Assembly: GCA_964016885.1 (NCBI GenBank)
Contig: OZ024740.1
Coordinates: forward strand, 69,502,001-69,566,000
From: Eledone cirrhosa
Lineage: Eukaryota
Length of the DNA stretch: 64,000 bases
Direction of reading: 5' to 3'
Each line of letters begins with the position of its first letter. The first letter of the stretch is position 1. Position numbers and translations under genes: made by a program. The notes beneath the pieces were generated by a model. The model did no database searches. It was not told the origin of the DNA and worked only from the letters and a program-made list of their open reading frames with translations. Shown here one piece after another: positions 26,390-40,520 of this stretch.

Positions 26390-27945
26390 TTGTTATACTT
26401 GGGGAGGGTCATATTTGTGTAATATTGCCAGAATTAATAACAGAACACACTCACTGTTTGGTTGGTTTTCGCTTCTCGCTTCTGTGTCTTTTATATCGGT
26501 AATCTAACTTACTCGGTCCTCAATGTTGCCATTGACTGACCGACGGTCAAAAATAATACAGATACAATATAGACACAAACACATATATATAGTTTATCAT
26601 AAATCTTTCGTTGCACATCTGCAACATCGTCAGTGGTGTTATATCTTCCTCCTGTTGTACTGTATGTCTACGCCATTTTTATTCAGTCTGTCTATATATT
26701 TATTTATGTATTTGCTTGTTTGTTTATTTTATTTTGTCTTCTTTGCGCATGCGTTTGCGCGTGTGTATAGTGTTTTGTTGACTAGTGTGTGTTTATGTGC
26801 TTGTTGTTATTGTGCTTGTGTATGTATTTATTTATTTATTTATTTAATTTTATTTACTTATTTATACTTCTCTTAGGTCAGTGTTGTTTATTTGGGTGTT
26901 GTTGTTATTCCATTCATTCTTTCTGTTTAGCTTTGGTCTTCTAATTTCTATTTCACTGGCCTCTCTGATTTGCCTATCTGCTGGGTCATTTCTATGTTTA
27001 GATATTATTCTAATTTCTATGTTGTCTATGTTACCGTCATGTTGTTGTCTAGCATGTTCGTATAGAACTGACCCGTTTTTTCGTCCTTTTAGTTCCCCCC
27101 AGTGTTGGTCTATCCTTTCACCTATGCTACGAGCTGTCTCACCTATGTATGTTGTTGTCATGTTTCTGCAAGTACCCTCTGTACATCTTATGCTATAGAC
27201 TACGTTTCTAGTTTTACAGTTTATCCGGGGGTTCACCTTACATATGATACATTTCCTATTAGTACAGTAGATTTTCTTAAAAGGGTAGGTTTTGCTGATC
27301 AGGGATTTTATGGTGGTTCCTGGCTTTTCTACCACCTTTATTTTTAAGTGGGTCTTTCTCAGGGCCTTTCTACACTGGTTGGCTAATTTCCCTCCAGGGG
27401 TGGCGTCCACAAACATGACACTCTGATATCTCTGGTTGTCGTACCATGATGTGGCCTTCCCTATCTTATGTCTAGCCCTATCTAAGCTATTCCATGATTT
27501 GCTCCTGTATAGTGGGCAAATTCCTTTCATGTCCAGTTCTATGAGGGTCTTATACTTTTCCATGGCTCCTTCGTATACTCTGACTCTGTCTCTTTGGTTG
27601 TAGCCAGAGATCTGCATGCGGTTGATGAAGTGTTGGATGTGTCTTTCCATTTCTGCTGGGTCGCACATGCGGGACACATTCTTCATCACTCGTACCAAAT
27701 CTGCGATTAGAATATTAAACTTAGCACTACTGGAAATTGCTGAGTTTTTGAGTATCAGGTATTTGGAGGCCATGGGTTTAGCATAGTGTGAGTGGAGAAT
27801 TTGGGCTCTCTCGTCTATAGTGTTAATCCAGAGTTCTGTGTCTAATACAGGTAGTCTATTGTTAGGGTGTTTGGAAGGGGAGTCGATAGTTACAGTTATA
27901 CTCTGGTGTATGGAATTAGCTATCTGCTGGATGCTTTCTATCGTG
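26390..27945 (-). mobile_element. Penelope-like element 3' half: RT thumb + Cys linker + GIY-YIG, then HHR-bearing pLTR, (TA)n on both sides
   Basis: Open frame to stop at 26862 with [58 protein letters not shown]. Confidence 0.93.
26595..26638 (-). ncRNA. Hammerhead in the PLE 3' pLTR (slightly decayed)
   Basis: CACCA-CUGACGA-U-GUUGCA(GAUG)UGCAAC-GAAA-GAUU-UA^UGAUA, about 225 nt after the GIY-YIG stop. Stem I is weak. Confidence 0.75.
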
Positions 27946-28013
<68 letters not shown>

Positions 28014-28018
28014 CTGTA

Positions 28019-28082
<64 letters not shown>

Positions 28083-28211
28083 TGAATTTGTAGGTTAGGT
28101 TTGCATTAGATATGAATTAATTGTCATGGTATTGTTGTTACTATTGTTTTTACTATTGTTGTTTCGCCCTATATCAATCCTGATAAAACAGTACTGTTAT
28201 CAAAGGTTGTA

Positions 28212-28385
28212 AATTGGCAGTATCGGTAGAGGGTCGGACGCCATGCTTTCCAACATAGTTACGTCCCTTTACGGTCTGAGTTCAAATCGCGTACTTTGCC
28301 TTTCATCCTTACGGGGTCGATAAAATAAAGTACCAGCAATGTACTGGTTAATTGCTGGCCTTGTGCCAAATGTAGAAAATCTATT
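28212..28385 (+). mobile_element. SINE family 1 with TSD ttatcaaaggttgta
   Basis: A/B boxes, core and flanking direct repeat. Confidence 0.85.
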
Positions 28386-28805
28386 ATCAAAGGTTGTATC
28401 TTTTTTTTTTGTATATCTGGAGTTGCATTCTGTGAGGCATTTATATATCGTAATGCGTTAGGTCATGGCATTAAAGAGATTTTGCAGATTTTTCTAGTAA
28501 GCAGAATAACCACATCCTAGTTATTTCAACATCTCTGTCTAGTTTTGAAGGTGTTACTATTAAGATGTATGGTTATAATAATATTTCTATGGTTTTGGGT
28601 TGGCGTATAGATGTAGGGGCTGAGGACGAGTTACATATGTCAGGTATTACAGGATATTGACGTAACGAAAAACTTCGACCTTGGGCTATTGTATACGTTA
28701 GGAAAATAATTCATATTATGAACATAATATATGCAATCAATTTGGTGACGATAGCGTCAATAAATCTATACATCGCTATCTTCATCTCTTTATTTCTATC
28801 TTTCA

Positions 28806-28918
<113 letters not shown>

Positions 28919-29049
28919 TTCTCTCACTATCTCTAGGGCTATAATTTGGGTACATATGGGTACATATTGATCTTTGGAAGATCAATATGTACCCATTCAC
29001 TTCTATTATGTGATCAGTATGTTATGAAAAGTGATAGCAACAGTCATTA

Positions 29050-29720
29050 ACAACATTCTTGAGAAGTTACAAACTTCGTCCCTCTTAATGATATATTGTA
29101 TAGATTTCGTAACAGCAGACCTCTGGAGACCTACTATGTCAATTAAGAAATGTCATGTACCCAATGATTTGGCTTTCGGCATCAGCAAAATGCTTCTTTC
29201 TAACACCTGAATATTCTGTCAGAACTGTCCAGCTCTGAGCTTCACACGGCTCTCAGTCTCGTGTTTCGATAGATTCTAGACAGTTCACAGCATGAAGATG
29301 TGGGTGGATGGCGCTCTGTTTCTGCCTTGCATTCTTTAACTGCAGTGTGCACTAAGAATTGGTTTCTTTCGCTCGCATTTTTCCCCTATACATTATTTAC
29401 CAATTTTCGTCATCTGCATCAAGACCCACCCAATGCTGATAATATTACCCTTCATTCGTCTCCGACATTTGGATGCAAGTTGAATATATATACAAGTTAG
29501 GAATCAAGCGCAATCTATGAACTACTATTTAAAGGGACATTTTAAAAAATCGCTCCAAGATGACACGCCTATCCTGTCTCTTTTGACAGGAAAAAACACC
29601 CTAACTGAATATACGAAGGACACGTTATTACACGTCACCCGAATATATATGAAAATCACGCAACTATACCCTGCATGAAGTTACAAATGCTATGCTTCAT
29701 CGTCACAGAGGTATTTTACA
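29050..29720 (+). pseudogene. Very old CR1/Jockey-like RT remnant
   Basis: Traces LNDILYRFRNSR (QYGFR-like) and ADNITLH (YADD-like). Heavily decayed. Confidence 0.4.
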
Positions 29721-30005
29721 CGTAACGGATATCTTTGACATAGAAATGACAGCATCTCAAACATTGCTCTTCTTCTTGAGGGACAGAAAATATTTCAGCT
29801 AGATGTATAGATAGTTACATGGATGGATAGATATAATAGTTGATAAATGTATGGATAGCTAGTTATCTAAACGAACAGTTGGAATGATAATTAGATCGAT
29901 AAAAAGAAAGATAGATAGATACATATATATATATATATGAGAGAGAGAGAGTGGGAGAGAAAAGTCAACTGCGAGATACGGGAGATTATTGTATATATAT
30001 GTTTG

Positions 30006-30058
<53 letters not shown>

Positions 30059-30084
30059 GTGTGTATATATATATATTCATATAT

Positions 30085-30215
30085 AAAGAATGAATAATAA
30101 CAGGTAGACATCATAAAAAGGTAGTTTATTCCGTGTGCTTACAAGTGTTTCCACGGTGGTGCTGCAGCCTAGTTCCGCTACGTGCAAATTCACAAGTATT
30201 TATACCTAATATATT
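30085..30215 (-). mobile_element. Truncated HHR element (3' half only) in TA-rich tract
   Basis: GAAA-CACUUG-UA^AGCA then AATAAA on the - strand at ~30125-30151. Resembles the 22220 family. Confidence 0.5.
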
Positions 30216-30216
30216 C

Positions 30217-30248
<32 letters not shown>

Positions 30249-30309
30249 GAATAAGTAACGATAGGTATACACACACATACATACATAAAAGCTCATTAGT
30301 GAATGTAAT

Positions 30310-30660
30310 GCCTGAATGGAACAAAACGCGGTAGTTTGGACATATTGACCACATGGCTGACCAGCGTATCCCTAAACAACTGTTTGAAGGGGAGCTGGCT
30401 CGAGGAAAAAGGAAAAAGTTTAAGCCAATGGAAAGGTTCAATTAAGCATTGAAGGAGAATTTGAGGAATGTAGGAATTGATTCAAAGAAAGTGGGAACTG
30501 CCGCAGTGGATGGATCTACCTGTAAATAAATATTAAGAGGAACATGAGAAAGAAACAGCCAGGGTGCGAATTTAAAATTAATGGGAACATTTCTATTTTT
30601 ACAGTTTCTGGTAAAATATGCCAGTCAGATGCTGGACTTTAATCTCATATAAGAGCACAG
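30310..30660 (+). pseudogene. RTE/BovB-like LINE 3' fragment
   Basis: FGHIDHMADQRIPKQLFEGELARGKRK...ALKENL and a terminal C2H2 trace (IC.S.AGL.SHIR). Confidence 0.75.
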
Positions 30661-31129
30661 AGAAAGGTACTTCATACAGACTACATAAAATACCTACCAG
30701 TTCGCCCTTATCAATGCCACATATTTCTTAAGGTCTGTAAATCTCAAGCAGGCCTGAAAAGACATCTCATCAAAAATAATGTGAAATTTAGTGGACGTTT
30801 TTTTAAAAGTGTATCTGGCCTGAAAAAACATTCTGGAACCAAGGAACATGTATGTTAAAGCGGTCAAGCTTTTTATTGAGCAGACAGCCGATATATATAT
30901 ATATATATATGTATACATGTGTGTGTGGGGGGGGGCGTGTGTGTGCCCCCATATGTGTTTGTGTGTGTGTATGTGTGACTGTTGGGTTTGCACCTAGAAG
31001 GTTCCTCAGCGAGGTACACCACGATCAATGGTGTTTTGTGGAAGACCTGCACTCTCGCATGCATACCTGTCTCCTCTGTCTTCGGCACCAATGCGGTCCA
31101 AAGGAAAGCCAAAGGTCGTTGTAGCTTGG

Positions 31130-31280
31130 CACCATAAAGGCTGCAACTCATGTCTATAGATGAGGGAACGGCAACAATGTGAAATAAAGTATTTTCCTGA
31201 AGGTCACAACAGAGTGATGGGTCCGAAGATCGAACACTCAACCTCCCGATTGTGAATCCAACTCTCTAACCGTTAAGCCG
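31130..31280 (-). mobile_element. tRNA-derived SINE family 2 (degenerate; another at ~41610-41720 -)
   Basis: Reverse complement resembles 62347-62460. Confidence 0.65.
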
Positions 31281-31457
31281 TTAAGCCACTTTGTGGTACC
31301 AAGATAAATACTCAGCGCGAAAGCAGAGAGATTAAAATAAGTGTAAGATTTATGGGAATCTTCGTCATGTTATACCCAATAAATATATATATATATGTGT
31401 GAGAGTATCCATACATACCGCCGCCATATATATATATCTAGATATATATATATATAT

Positions 31458-31573
<116 letters not shown>

Positions 31574-31621
31574 ATGTATGTATCTTTTGTATGTAAGTAT
31601 GTATATATTTATATATATATA

Positions 31622-31735
<114 letters not shown>

Positions 31736-32374
31736 CACACATACATATATATATATGTGTGTGTGTGTGTGTATGTGTATGTGGGGGGGGGGGTTACGAA
31801 TGTATGTATTACGCGCCTCTATGTGTTCGTCTATACATAGATATACATGTATATATCCCTGCAGATTTCTATAGGAATGTTTTCGGATGAAACGTGATAC
31901 ATCCAAGTGTTCATCAAAAATAATTGTTCGAACAATTCCTCGGAGATATATTCCGGAATATATTTTATTCTGATTGATTTCTGTAAAGAAAATTGGTTAG
32001 GACTTTAATGTTTGTGTGTTTTTTTAATCCTTTTCTTTTTTTCTTTACGTGTTAAGGTATTATTTAGAGGGCTCCAGTCTTTTTTTTTTTTTTCATTACT
32101 TTTTTTTTTTTGTATTTAGTCATAATTTCATTCTGCAATTTAAAGTATTTCTGCGGCAGCTACTTTGACAAGCAAACTAGCATTCTACTGTCATATATAA
32201 TGGAAAATGATACTACCTCGACAGAGAGCAATATTCTTATTTTCTATGGTGATATTGTTTTATAGTCATTACTGATATGATATTGCTTTTGTCCATCTTG
32301 AATTTGTGATTGCTGTAATATATTGTAAATCTGTTTTTGAGCAATAGCTTCCATTTATTTTTGCTTTCATTTCC

Positions 32375-32443
<69 letters not shown>

Positions 32444-32462
32444 CATATATATGTATATATAT

Positions 32463-32606
32463 AAGGAAGGTGTGGTAAGGAAACAGATGGACCATAACGC
32501 ACCAGAGTACTCAATACTTAGTGTAGTAGAGTGGGTAACAAGAAGTCTAGAAATAGCCGTCGAAACGGTTTGATCTCTGCCGTCGGAGTCTAACATTTTC
32601 CTATTA
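32463..32606. mobile_element. Family B fold-back element in (TA)n
   Basis: Long left terminus joined to + strand agaaatagccgtcgaaacgg..gccgtcggagtc. Confidence 0.82.
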
Positions 32607-32608
32607 TG

Positions 32609-32710
<102 letters not shown>

Positions 32711-32714
32711 TATG

Positions 32715-32745
<31 letters not shown>

Positions 32746-32753
32746 CCCCCCCC

Positions 32754-32788
<35 letters not shown>

Positions 32789-33165
32789 CATAAATTTGGT
32801 GATTAAGAAAATCCCGTGTTCAGCACCACCTGACATGCTAATACAGCAGTGCATTCTGAGTTCTTCTTGGTTCCACGAAAGCAATAGAACTCATTTTGGT
32901 CATCGTGGCTGATATTTGCTCTGTAATCCCGTTGGAGTAAAGAAATTGTGAGAAATCTTTTATTGGAGAACAATAAGTGATAACATATATCTTATGGTTA
33001 AATTGTCTGGTGGAGATGGTTATGATGATGTTTCCAGTAGTAATAAAAACAACAACAACCATCTGTTGTCGGAGCTTTAGATAAAAGAAAACATTGAAAA
33101 TATCATTATATATAAATATGGGGATATATACATATAGTATTATATTATATTTATATACGTACAAA

Positions 33166-33493
33166 GGCGGTGGATTGGCAGTATCGGTATGGGTCGGACG
33201 CCATGCTTTGTCGCAAATCGTTAGGGCGCTTTCAATTCTGAGTTCAAATTCTGGCGAGGTTAACTTTGCTTTTCATCCTGACGGGGTCGATAAAATAAAG
33301 TATCAGTAATACACTGAGTATTTGCTGGCCTTGTGCCAAATGTAGAAACAATTATATTTATATATGTACAGATATATGTTTGCATGCATAAATAATTGTT
33401 TCTCCATTTGGCACAAGGCCAGAAATTACTCAGTGCATTACTGGTACTTTATTCTATCGACCCTGTAAGGACAAAATTAACCTTGGCGGGATT
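33166..33493. mobile_element. Two SINE family 1 copies tail-to-tail (33166-33355 +, 33394-33493 -)
   Basis: Core and 3' ctggccttgtgccaaatg in opposite orientations. Confidence 0.8.
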
Positions 33494-33498
33494 TTATA

Positions 33499-33537
<39 letters not shown>

Positions 33538-33669
33538 TGTTATACTTTGGGAGGGTCATGTTGCCAACTGCTAAACAAATTCAGAAACGAAATATATATA
33601 TATACATATATATATATACATATATATATACACATATATATACATATATATATACATATATATATATAC

Positions 33670-33701
<32 letters not shown>

Positions 33702-33889
33702 TATACTTATATATGTAGATATATATATATGTATAATATATGTATATATATATATATATATATATGTGTGTATGTATGTATATATATGTACATATATGTA
33801 TATACACACATATATATACATATATATATATATATGTATATATAAATATATACATATATATATATACATATATATATACACATATATAC

Positions 33890-33921
<32 letters not shown>

Positions 33922-34595
33922 ATGTGTGTGTGTATGCATGATTGTGTCTGCGTCTCATTGTGTGTGTGTCCATGACTGTAGGTATGATTTCCAACTTTAT
34001 GAACTCATCGATATTCAAATAACACCTTACCAGTTCATAACTTTAACTGAATTATATTTTCTTCTTTCTAGTGCTTTCCATACAGCCATGTTACCATAGG
34101 CTATATATTCTAGCAAATAATTTATGAATAAACACGTGTTGAAAGATTTTGAATGGTAATCCTCTAGAGGATCTCGTCGGATCGCTTCCATAAAGCACTA
34201 TAAAACTGTTCTAGTAACAGCTATGATTGTTCTGCAATAACATAACTTTTAAATATTTTTTTGTGTCTCTAGCTTATGTGAAAAGAAACAAAAATTAAAT
34301 TATATAAAGTTTTTGATAGGCCGATATTGATACCGTTTATTAGAATTCTTCAAGAGCTCTTCGCCTCTGAGGACAATAGTCAGTAACGACATTACTTCAG
34401 AATGGAGGATAGAACCACAATTTATATATGTGTGAAGGGAATATTCTTTCTACACAATACACACAATGATATATAGAGTGAACTCGCTCAAACAGTCACA
34501 CTCTGCAGAATAAATAGAAAAATATACAAACAGAGACACACACATATAATTACACACACACACACACACACACACATACACACACACACACACAG

Positions 34596-34635
<40 letters not shown>

Positions 34636-34636
<1 letters not shown>

Positions 34637-34750
34637 ACGAAGGAAATGTGGTAAGGAACCAGATGGACCATAACGCACCAAAGTACTCAATACTTCCAGA
34701 ATTAGCCGTCGAAACGGCTTGAGCTCTGCCGTCGGGGTCATACTCGTTCC

Positions 34751-34788
<38 letters not shown>

Positions 34789-34797
34789 CATGTACAC

Positions 34798-34864
<67 letters not shown>

Positions 34865-34975
34865 ACAAAGGAATTGTGGTGAGGAACCAAATGAACCATA
34901 ACGCACCAGAGTACTCAATACTTAATAGAGTGGAAAATATGAAAAAGTATGACCCCGACGGCAGAGCTCAAGCCA
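34636..34975. mobile_element. Two family B elements (34636-34750 fold-back; 34864-34975 -) separated by (TA)n
   Basis: Shared aaggaaccagatggaccataacgcacca..gtactcaatactt terminus and HHR 3' half. Confidence 0.82.
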
Positions 34976-35238
34976 CGTCCTTTTAGGATCTGAGTTCAAA
35001 TCCCCCCAAGGTTAACTTTGCCTTTCATCCTTACGTGGTCGGTAAAATAAAGTACCAGTAATGCACTGGGTAATTGCTGGCCTTGTGCCAAAAGTAGAAA
35101 CAAAAGTAGTTTGCCCAAAACCCAGAGCTTTAGTGTAAATAACATAAATCTTCGAAAATGTGTTCCATCATTAGCAGAGATAAAAAGGGACACACACGTA
35201 GACACACGTACACACACAGACACACGCACATACACCAC

Positions 35239-35270
<32 letters not shown>
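34976..35270 (+). repeat. SINE family 1 3' part plus unique flank, duplicated in inverted orientation at ~37385-37727
   Basis: aaaacccagagctttagtgtaaataac..cgaaaatgtgttccatca..agcagagataaaaagggacacac is present on both strands. Confidence 0.8.
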
Positions 35271-35274
<4 letters not shown>

Positions 35275-35276
<2 letters not shown>

Positions 35277-36255
35277 TCATTCATTCATTCATTCGTCGAC
35301 TACTGTCGAGATGATGGATCTCAATCTCATGCCCCAGAATTCCCTGTCCCCCATCGCTGCCCCCAGGTCCCGTCTACTGATTCCCGTATCCCTAGAGATA
35401 ACGTCGGGGAATGACAGCTTCCTACTCCTAGTCAGGCTGGAGTCAGGGTTCCAGAGCAAGAGAGCGGATATGATTTCATTGCTGGCACGGTGACAGTGGC
35501 CAGCAAATTGAGCTCTCCGGGATTTTAGAAGGGCAGAGGCTCGAGGGAGTTTGCCATAGATTTTAGACAAGGTGGGATGTCGTTTCCAGGATAGGTTTTG
35601 CACTCTCATTAAGAGGCGGGTATATGTGCCATCCAATCTCCTCTCAATTTGTGATGTTAGTGTCCAAGTTTCGGATGCATGAAGTAATATGGGCTTAATG
35701 GTTGCTGGAATATTTCCAGTTTTAGCTTGTTGGTAAGTTGAGATGTCCATATGGCGTGCATGTCATTGCACGCTGACCATGCCATACCCTTCCTGGTTTG
35801 AAAATCCTTTTTGGAGGAGGAGATATATGAGCCAAGATACTTGTAATCTTCCACCTGCTTAAGGGTGGTACCATTAAGGATTCTGATGGGGTAGTTTGGG
35901 CTGTTTGCGCATCTGTTCACATACTCAGTCTTGGATTCGTTGAGGTACAGTCCAACACAGTTGGACGCTTGCTCTAATGACTTCAAAAGACTCTCAGCAT
36001 TTTCCAGTGACCGACTGATCAATGCGATGTCGTCAGCAAAGTCGGTGTCGGTCAAGTATTTTGCTGGGTAGCGTGAGCTTCTCCTAGGCTGTAGTTGGTA
36101 TCCCTTATCCTGAATCCTATCCACAGACATGCGCAAAACATAATCCACAACAATGATAAATAGATACGGAGCAAGGTATCGCCCTGTAAAATTCCAGCGA
36201 GGATTGAGAAAGGTGGTGTTTCCCCATCTGGGGTCAGGACAGGTGATTTGGTATC
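35275..36255 (-). pseudogene. 5'-truncated RTE-clade LINE with (GAAT)n tail
   Basis: GILQGDTL/APYLF, DTDFADDIAL, GLYLNESKTEY, YKYLGS, LLHASETWTL, RAQFAGHC. Tail at 35275-35293. Confidence 0.92.
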
Positions 36256-36375
36256 TGTATACATTACACGTATATATATGTATATATATGTATATATATA
36301 TACATATATATACGTGTAATGTATACAGATACCAAATCACCTGTCCTGACCCCAGATGGGGAAACACCACCTTTA

Positions 36376-36985
36376 TGTCAGGTCACCAGTTGGTGCTACT
36401 GGTAACATGTATCCCAGTACAACCTGTCTCATGGTCGGGTCGTTGGCGACTAAACTGGCAACCCCACCAAGGTTTCTTGGTGAGGAGGGTGACTTTGGAC
36501 ATCCTGCAGGACTAAAAACAAAACCTGTCAAAGGGCAAAGGAGCTCTTAAGAGTCAATGGCCATCCAAAATCACCGGGAGAGATGACCCCTTAGCCTTTG
36601 TCAAGGCAGAATTCTAGGAGAAGGAAAACTCTGATATAACACCTGCAACCCTGATGGTATCCAATGATGTTGACTTGTTCTTCTTTTTGGTAAATATCAT
36701 CTTGGTTAAGAGAGTGGGACTGGCTTTGTGCAGTGCCTTTGCTCACTATAAAAGCTTCACGGCACAGGCATTGCTTTATATCTGGAGATCTCTCTGCACT
36801 TGTCCTCACATGGTACCATGGGCCCAGCACTATGTGTCAATAATTGTCACAAGTGTAGTGTTTGTACCAGAGGTTTCAAGTCGCTGGCTGGACTAAAAAG
36901 TCACACTCGTTCAGCGCTTCGGTAGGGGTTCTCCTACATGGATATAAAGTAGTGGCCGTACTCGAAAACGAGTTGGCAGCCACCA
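36376..36985 (+). mobile_element. Family D dispersed repeat
   Basis: Homologous to 10100-10617 and 59855-60385. Confidence 0.72.
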
Positions 36986-36998
36986 TATATGTATATAC

Positions 36999-37069
<71 letters not shown>

Positions 37070-37073
<4 letters not shown>

Positions 37074-37372
37074 TTCAAAATATTAACAAAATAGATACTC
37101 TTGTGATAAATTATATTTTATTATACATATTTCAGAGGTACTGAGTTAAGTTCAACAGTACGTCCTCATCAGATAAAATAAGATGATGAATGACATACCC
37201 TGACATAGTAGATGGTTAAGATTCAGTGACTGAACCTTAACCATCTACTATGTCAGGGTATGTCATTCATCATCTTATTTTATCTGATGAGGATGTACTG
37301 TACCTCTGAAATATGTATAATAAAATATACTTTATCACAAGAATATCTATTTTGCTAATATTTTGAATTAAT
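37070..37372. mobile_element. Family C-like fold-back element with hammerheads at 37114-37180 (-) and 37276-37327 (+, stem II deletion)
   Basis: UAUUUUAU-CUGAUGA-GGACGUACUG..CAGUACCUCU-GAA-AUAUGUAU-A^AUAAAAUA. Centre ttcagt-g-actgaa at ~37228. (TA)n on both sides. Confidence 0.9.
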
Positions 37373-38997
37373 ATATATATATACATGTATAAATATGTGT
37401 GCGTGTGTGTAAGTGTTGTGTGTGTCTATGTGTGTACGTGTGTCTACGTGTGTGTCCCTTTTTATCTCTGCTACTGATGGAACACATTTTCGAAAATGTA
37501 GGTTATTTACACTAAAGCTCTGGGTTTTAGGCAAACTAAGAGGAGTAATAATTGTTTCTACTTTTGGCACAAGGCCAACAATTACCCAGTGCATTACTGG
37601 TACTTTATTTTATCGACCCCGTTAGGATGAAAGGCAAAGTTAACCTTGGCGGGATTTGAACTCAGATCATAAAAGGACGTAACTCTATGCTGCAAAGCAT
37701 GGTGTCCGACTCTCTACCGATACTGCCTAAGAGAAGTAATAATGTTATTTCCTTCGTAGCTCTATTAAATAGATGATTCTATCTAAAAGGAATTTCTTGA
37801 CTAGGGCTCTAGTCTAAGAAAAATCATTCTGCTATCGTTTTAACAGATCTCTACTCGTCTCAGTCGTAATTCTTCCTGCATCTTAATCCGTACAAGGCCA
37901 CAAGCTTTCACATGCACGTTCGTTTTGCTACGTTTTTTCCACAACTCTACAATTAATTTCTGTGTGTCTCGGGTTCTTTATTGTTCGGAGCCAGGTGTTA
38001 TTGGTTAGGCTGCTCTTCTGATATTGGTATTCTTGAGCATCTTCTGTAGGCCAAATTGTTGGATAGAGTCCAGCTTCAGAAATACTTTGCTGCCTTCTAC
38101 TATTTTTAACTTCCATAAAAAAGTTGGTAATTTACACTACGAGTATTACAATATGGTGTCAAATCTTCATTTTAATGCTTATACTTTATAATGTCCAGTT
38201 TTTGCTACATTATGGTTCCTACCTTGTAGAATCTACTGTTAACATCGGTTTCAACGCTTCCGTCACTACTGACAAATAAATAAATAAATAAATACATATA
38301 TATATATATTTATGTATATACATACTGAAGTAAAAGTTAAGTGGAAATATCCAAGAGTAAGAGCACGCAGTCAATAGGACTCTCGTGGCTTGAGTTTCTT
38401 CCGTTTTCCAGACTGGTACGTGCCTGCTTATCCTATACATCCAAGTGATGTTTACTTTATTTGTTGTATAAAGAACTATTTTCTATTGTAAAATAATCCA
38501 ACACATAAACATATATTCTATTGCTTGCTTAATATTCTTTGCTCATTTCCTATAGTTAGTATAGAGCTAACACCTACATCAAACTGGTAACTAAATACGA
38601 TGTCTATATTTAAAATAGGTGTCAACAAATCCATAGTGAATTTGAATTTATTAGCACTGATATAGCTCTTTATGTAAAACAGGAATAGAAACAAAAAGTG
38701 CAATATGTAATACATTTTATGTAACGCTTTATCAAAATAAAAGATGAAAAACTATAGAATACTTACCATGAATCGAAATAAATCATTCGGAGCAAAGATA
38801 TCATTGAGGAGACAGGAAACCCAGAGCTAAATGTGGGAACTATTATAGATATTTATTTTCTTTTTCTTTTGTGGTAACTACATTTATTGAACTTTCCGGT
38901 AGATTGTTTGCCGATAAAGTTTATCTGCAGCTTCCCTAGATCTGAATTCCCTCCCCCACCCACCGAATAAAATCCTAGATAGTTAAAAGAAAAGAAA

Positions 38998-39153
<156 letters not shown>

Positions 39154-40098
39154 CCACTAAATCTTAAAGATTTTTCAGCAGGAAATTGCCGCAGCAAGAT
39201 ATTTTGGAATGGATAAAACCAACATAAACCTTAACGCCTTTACACTAATGTAACACATTTTTACAATTATCTGTTCACTGATAATGTTTACAATTACCTG
39301 TATTGAAGGCGCTTGAATTAACAAAAACATTTCATATATTTTCAAATTTTTTACATTTAACGTCCCAACGCCTGACGTATACAAAGCCACCAGTAACATA
39401 GCTGAAAACGATAGTTCATATTTTACTGGTAATCGAAACCAGCTAGCAAACAGTGATCATAGAGAACTTACCTGTTGCGCTACATCTCTTTCGCGCCAAG
39501 TGTACAACATTCAGGAAACATAATTATTAGACAACGCAATAGTTTTAAAGATAGCTATACGAGTAATGAAGCATTTTATAAATACATTCGATAGTTCAAA
39601 GCCAAAATAAGAAATAGTTCTGTAACCTAAACAGTTCAGAGGATCAATCAAAATTTGTTGCTAACAAATATAAATTAAATTAAATAAAGCAAGAAAAGCG
39701 CAGAGCAAATAATTCTTTTAAAATATTCAAGAAAAACAGCCAGCGTGTTTGTAGATGAATTATACATCTCCAAAGATCAAATACTCAAAGCAGAGAAGAA
39801 CAATTTCGTAAATATCTTTGATGGTTAGCCAAACAATTTCTAGAATGAAGAAGTAAAAGTAAATATAAAAATTTGGAGGATTAGTAAAGTGTTTGAACTC
39901 AGGAGGACAACATTGAAAAATAAACCAACCAATATATGTTTAATTACTTATAACCAGACATAAACATTTAAGTGCACGTTCCTGCGAACAAACCAAGTGG
40001 AATCTAAATATTCACACCATTCCTTCTAGCAAAAATATAAGAGTATGTATGCCGTTCACTATTCTCGGTCCTCTCTATTTTCAGTTGTAAGAATCTCA

Positions 40099-40130
<32 letters not shown>

Positions 40131-40139
40131 GGGGGGGGG

Positions 40140-40336
40140 ATTCCCCGGTAGTAGTGTCGTGGTGTAATCACAACCCCAGAAAGTACTCAATACGTTGGTA
40201 GAGTATAAGCATCTTTATTATATATAGAAATGACTTCTGCGTGACTAGAACTATTTCATTTGTATGAAATTATCAAGGCATTCCTGATGATTTGAAACGA
40301 ATGAACGATTTCTATTTCTGTTAGAAGTCATATACA

Positions 40337-40338
<2 letters not shown>
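40140..40338. mobile_element. Old, diverged HHR fold-back element
   Basis: + strand CUGAUGA-UUUGAAACGAAU-GAA-CGAU-UUC near 40284. The - arm reads UUGAUAA-UUUCAUACAAAU-GAAA-UAGU-UC. Arms share atgacttct/agaagtcat. Confidence 0.5.
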
Positions 40339-40379
<41 letters not shown>

Positions 40380-40416
40380 TGTGTGTGTGTTGTGTGTGTG
40401 TGTGTGTGTGTTGTGT

Positions 40417-40520
<104 letters not shown>

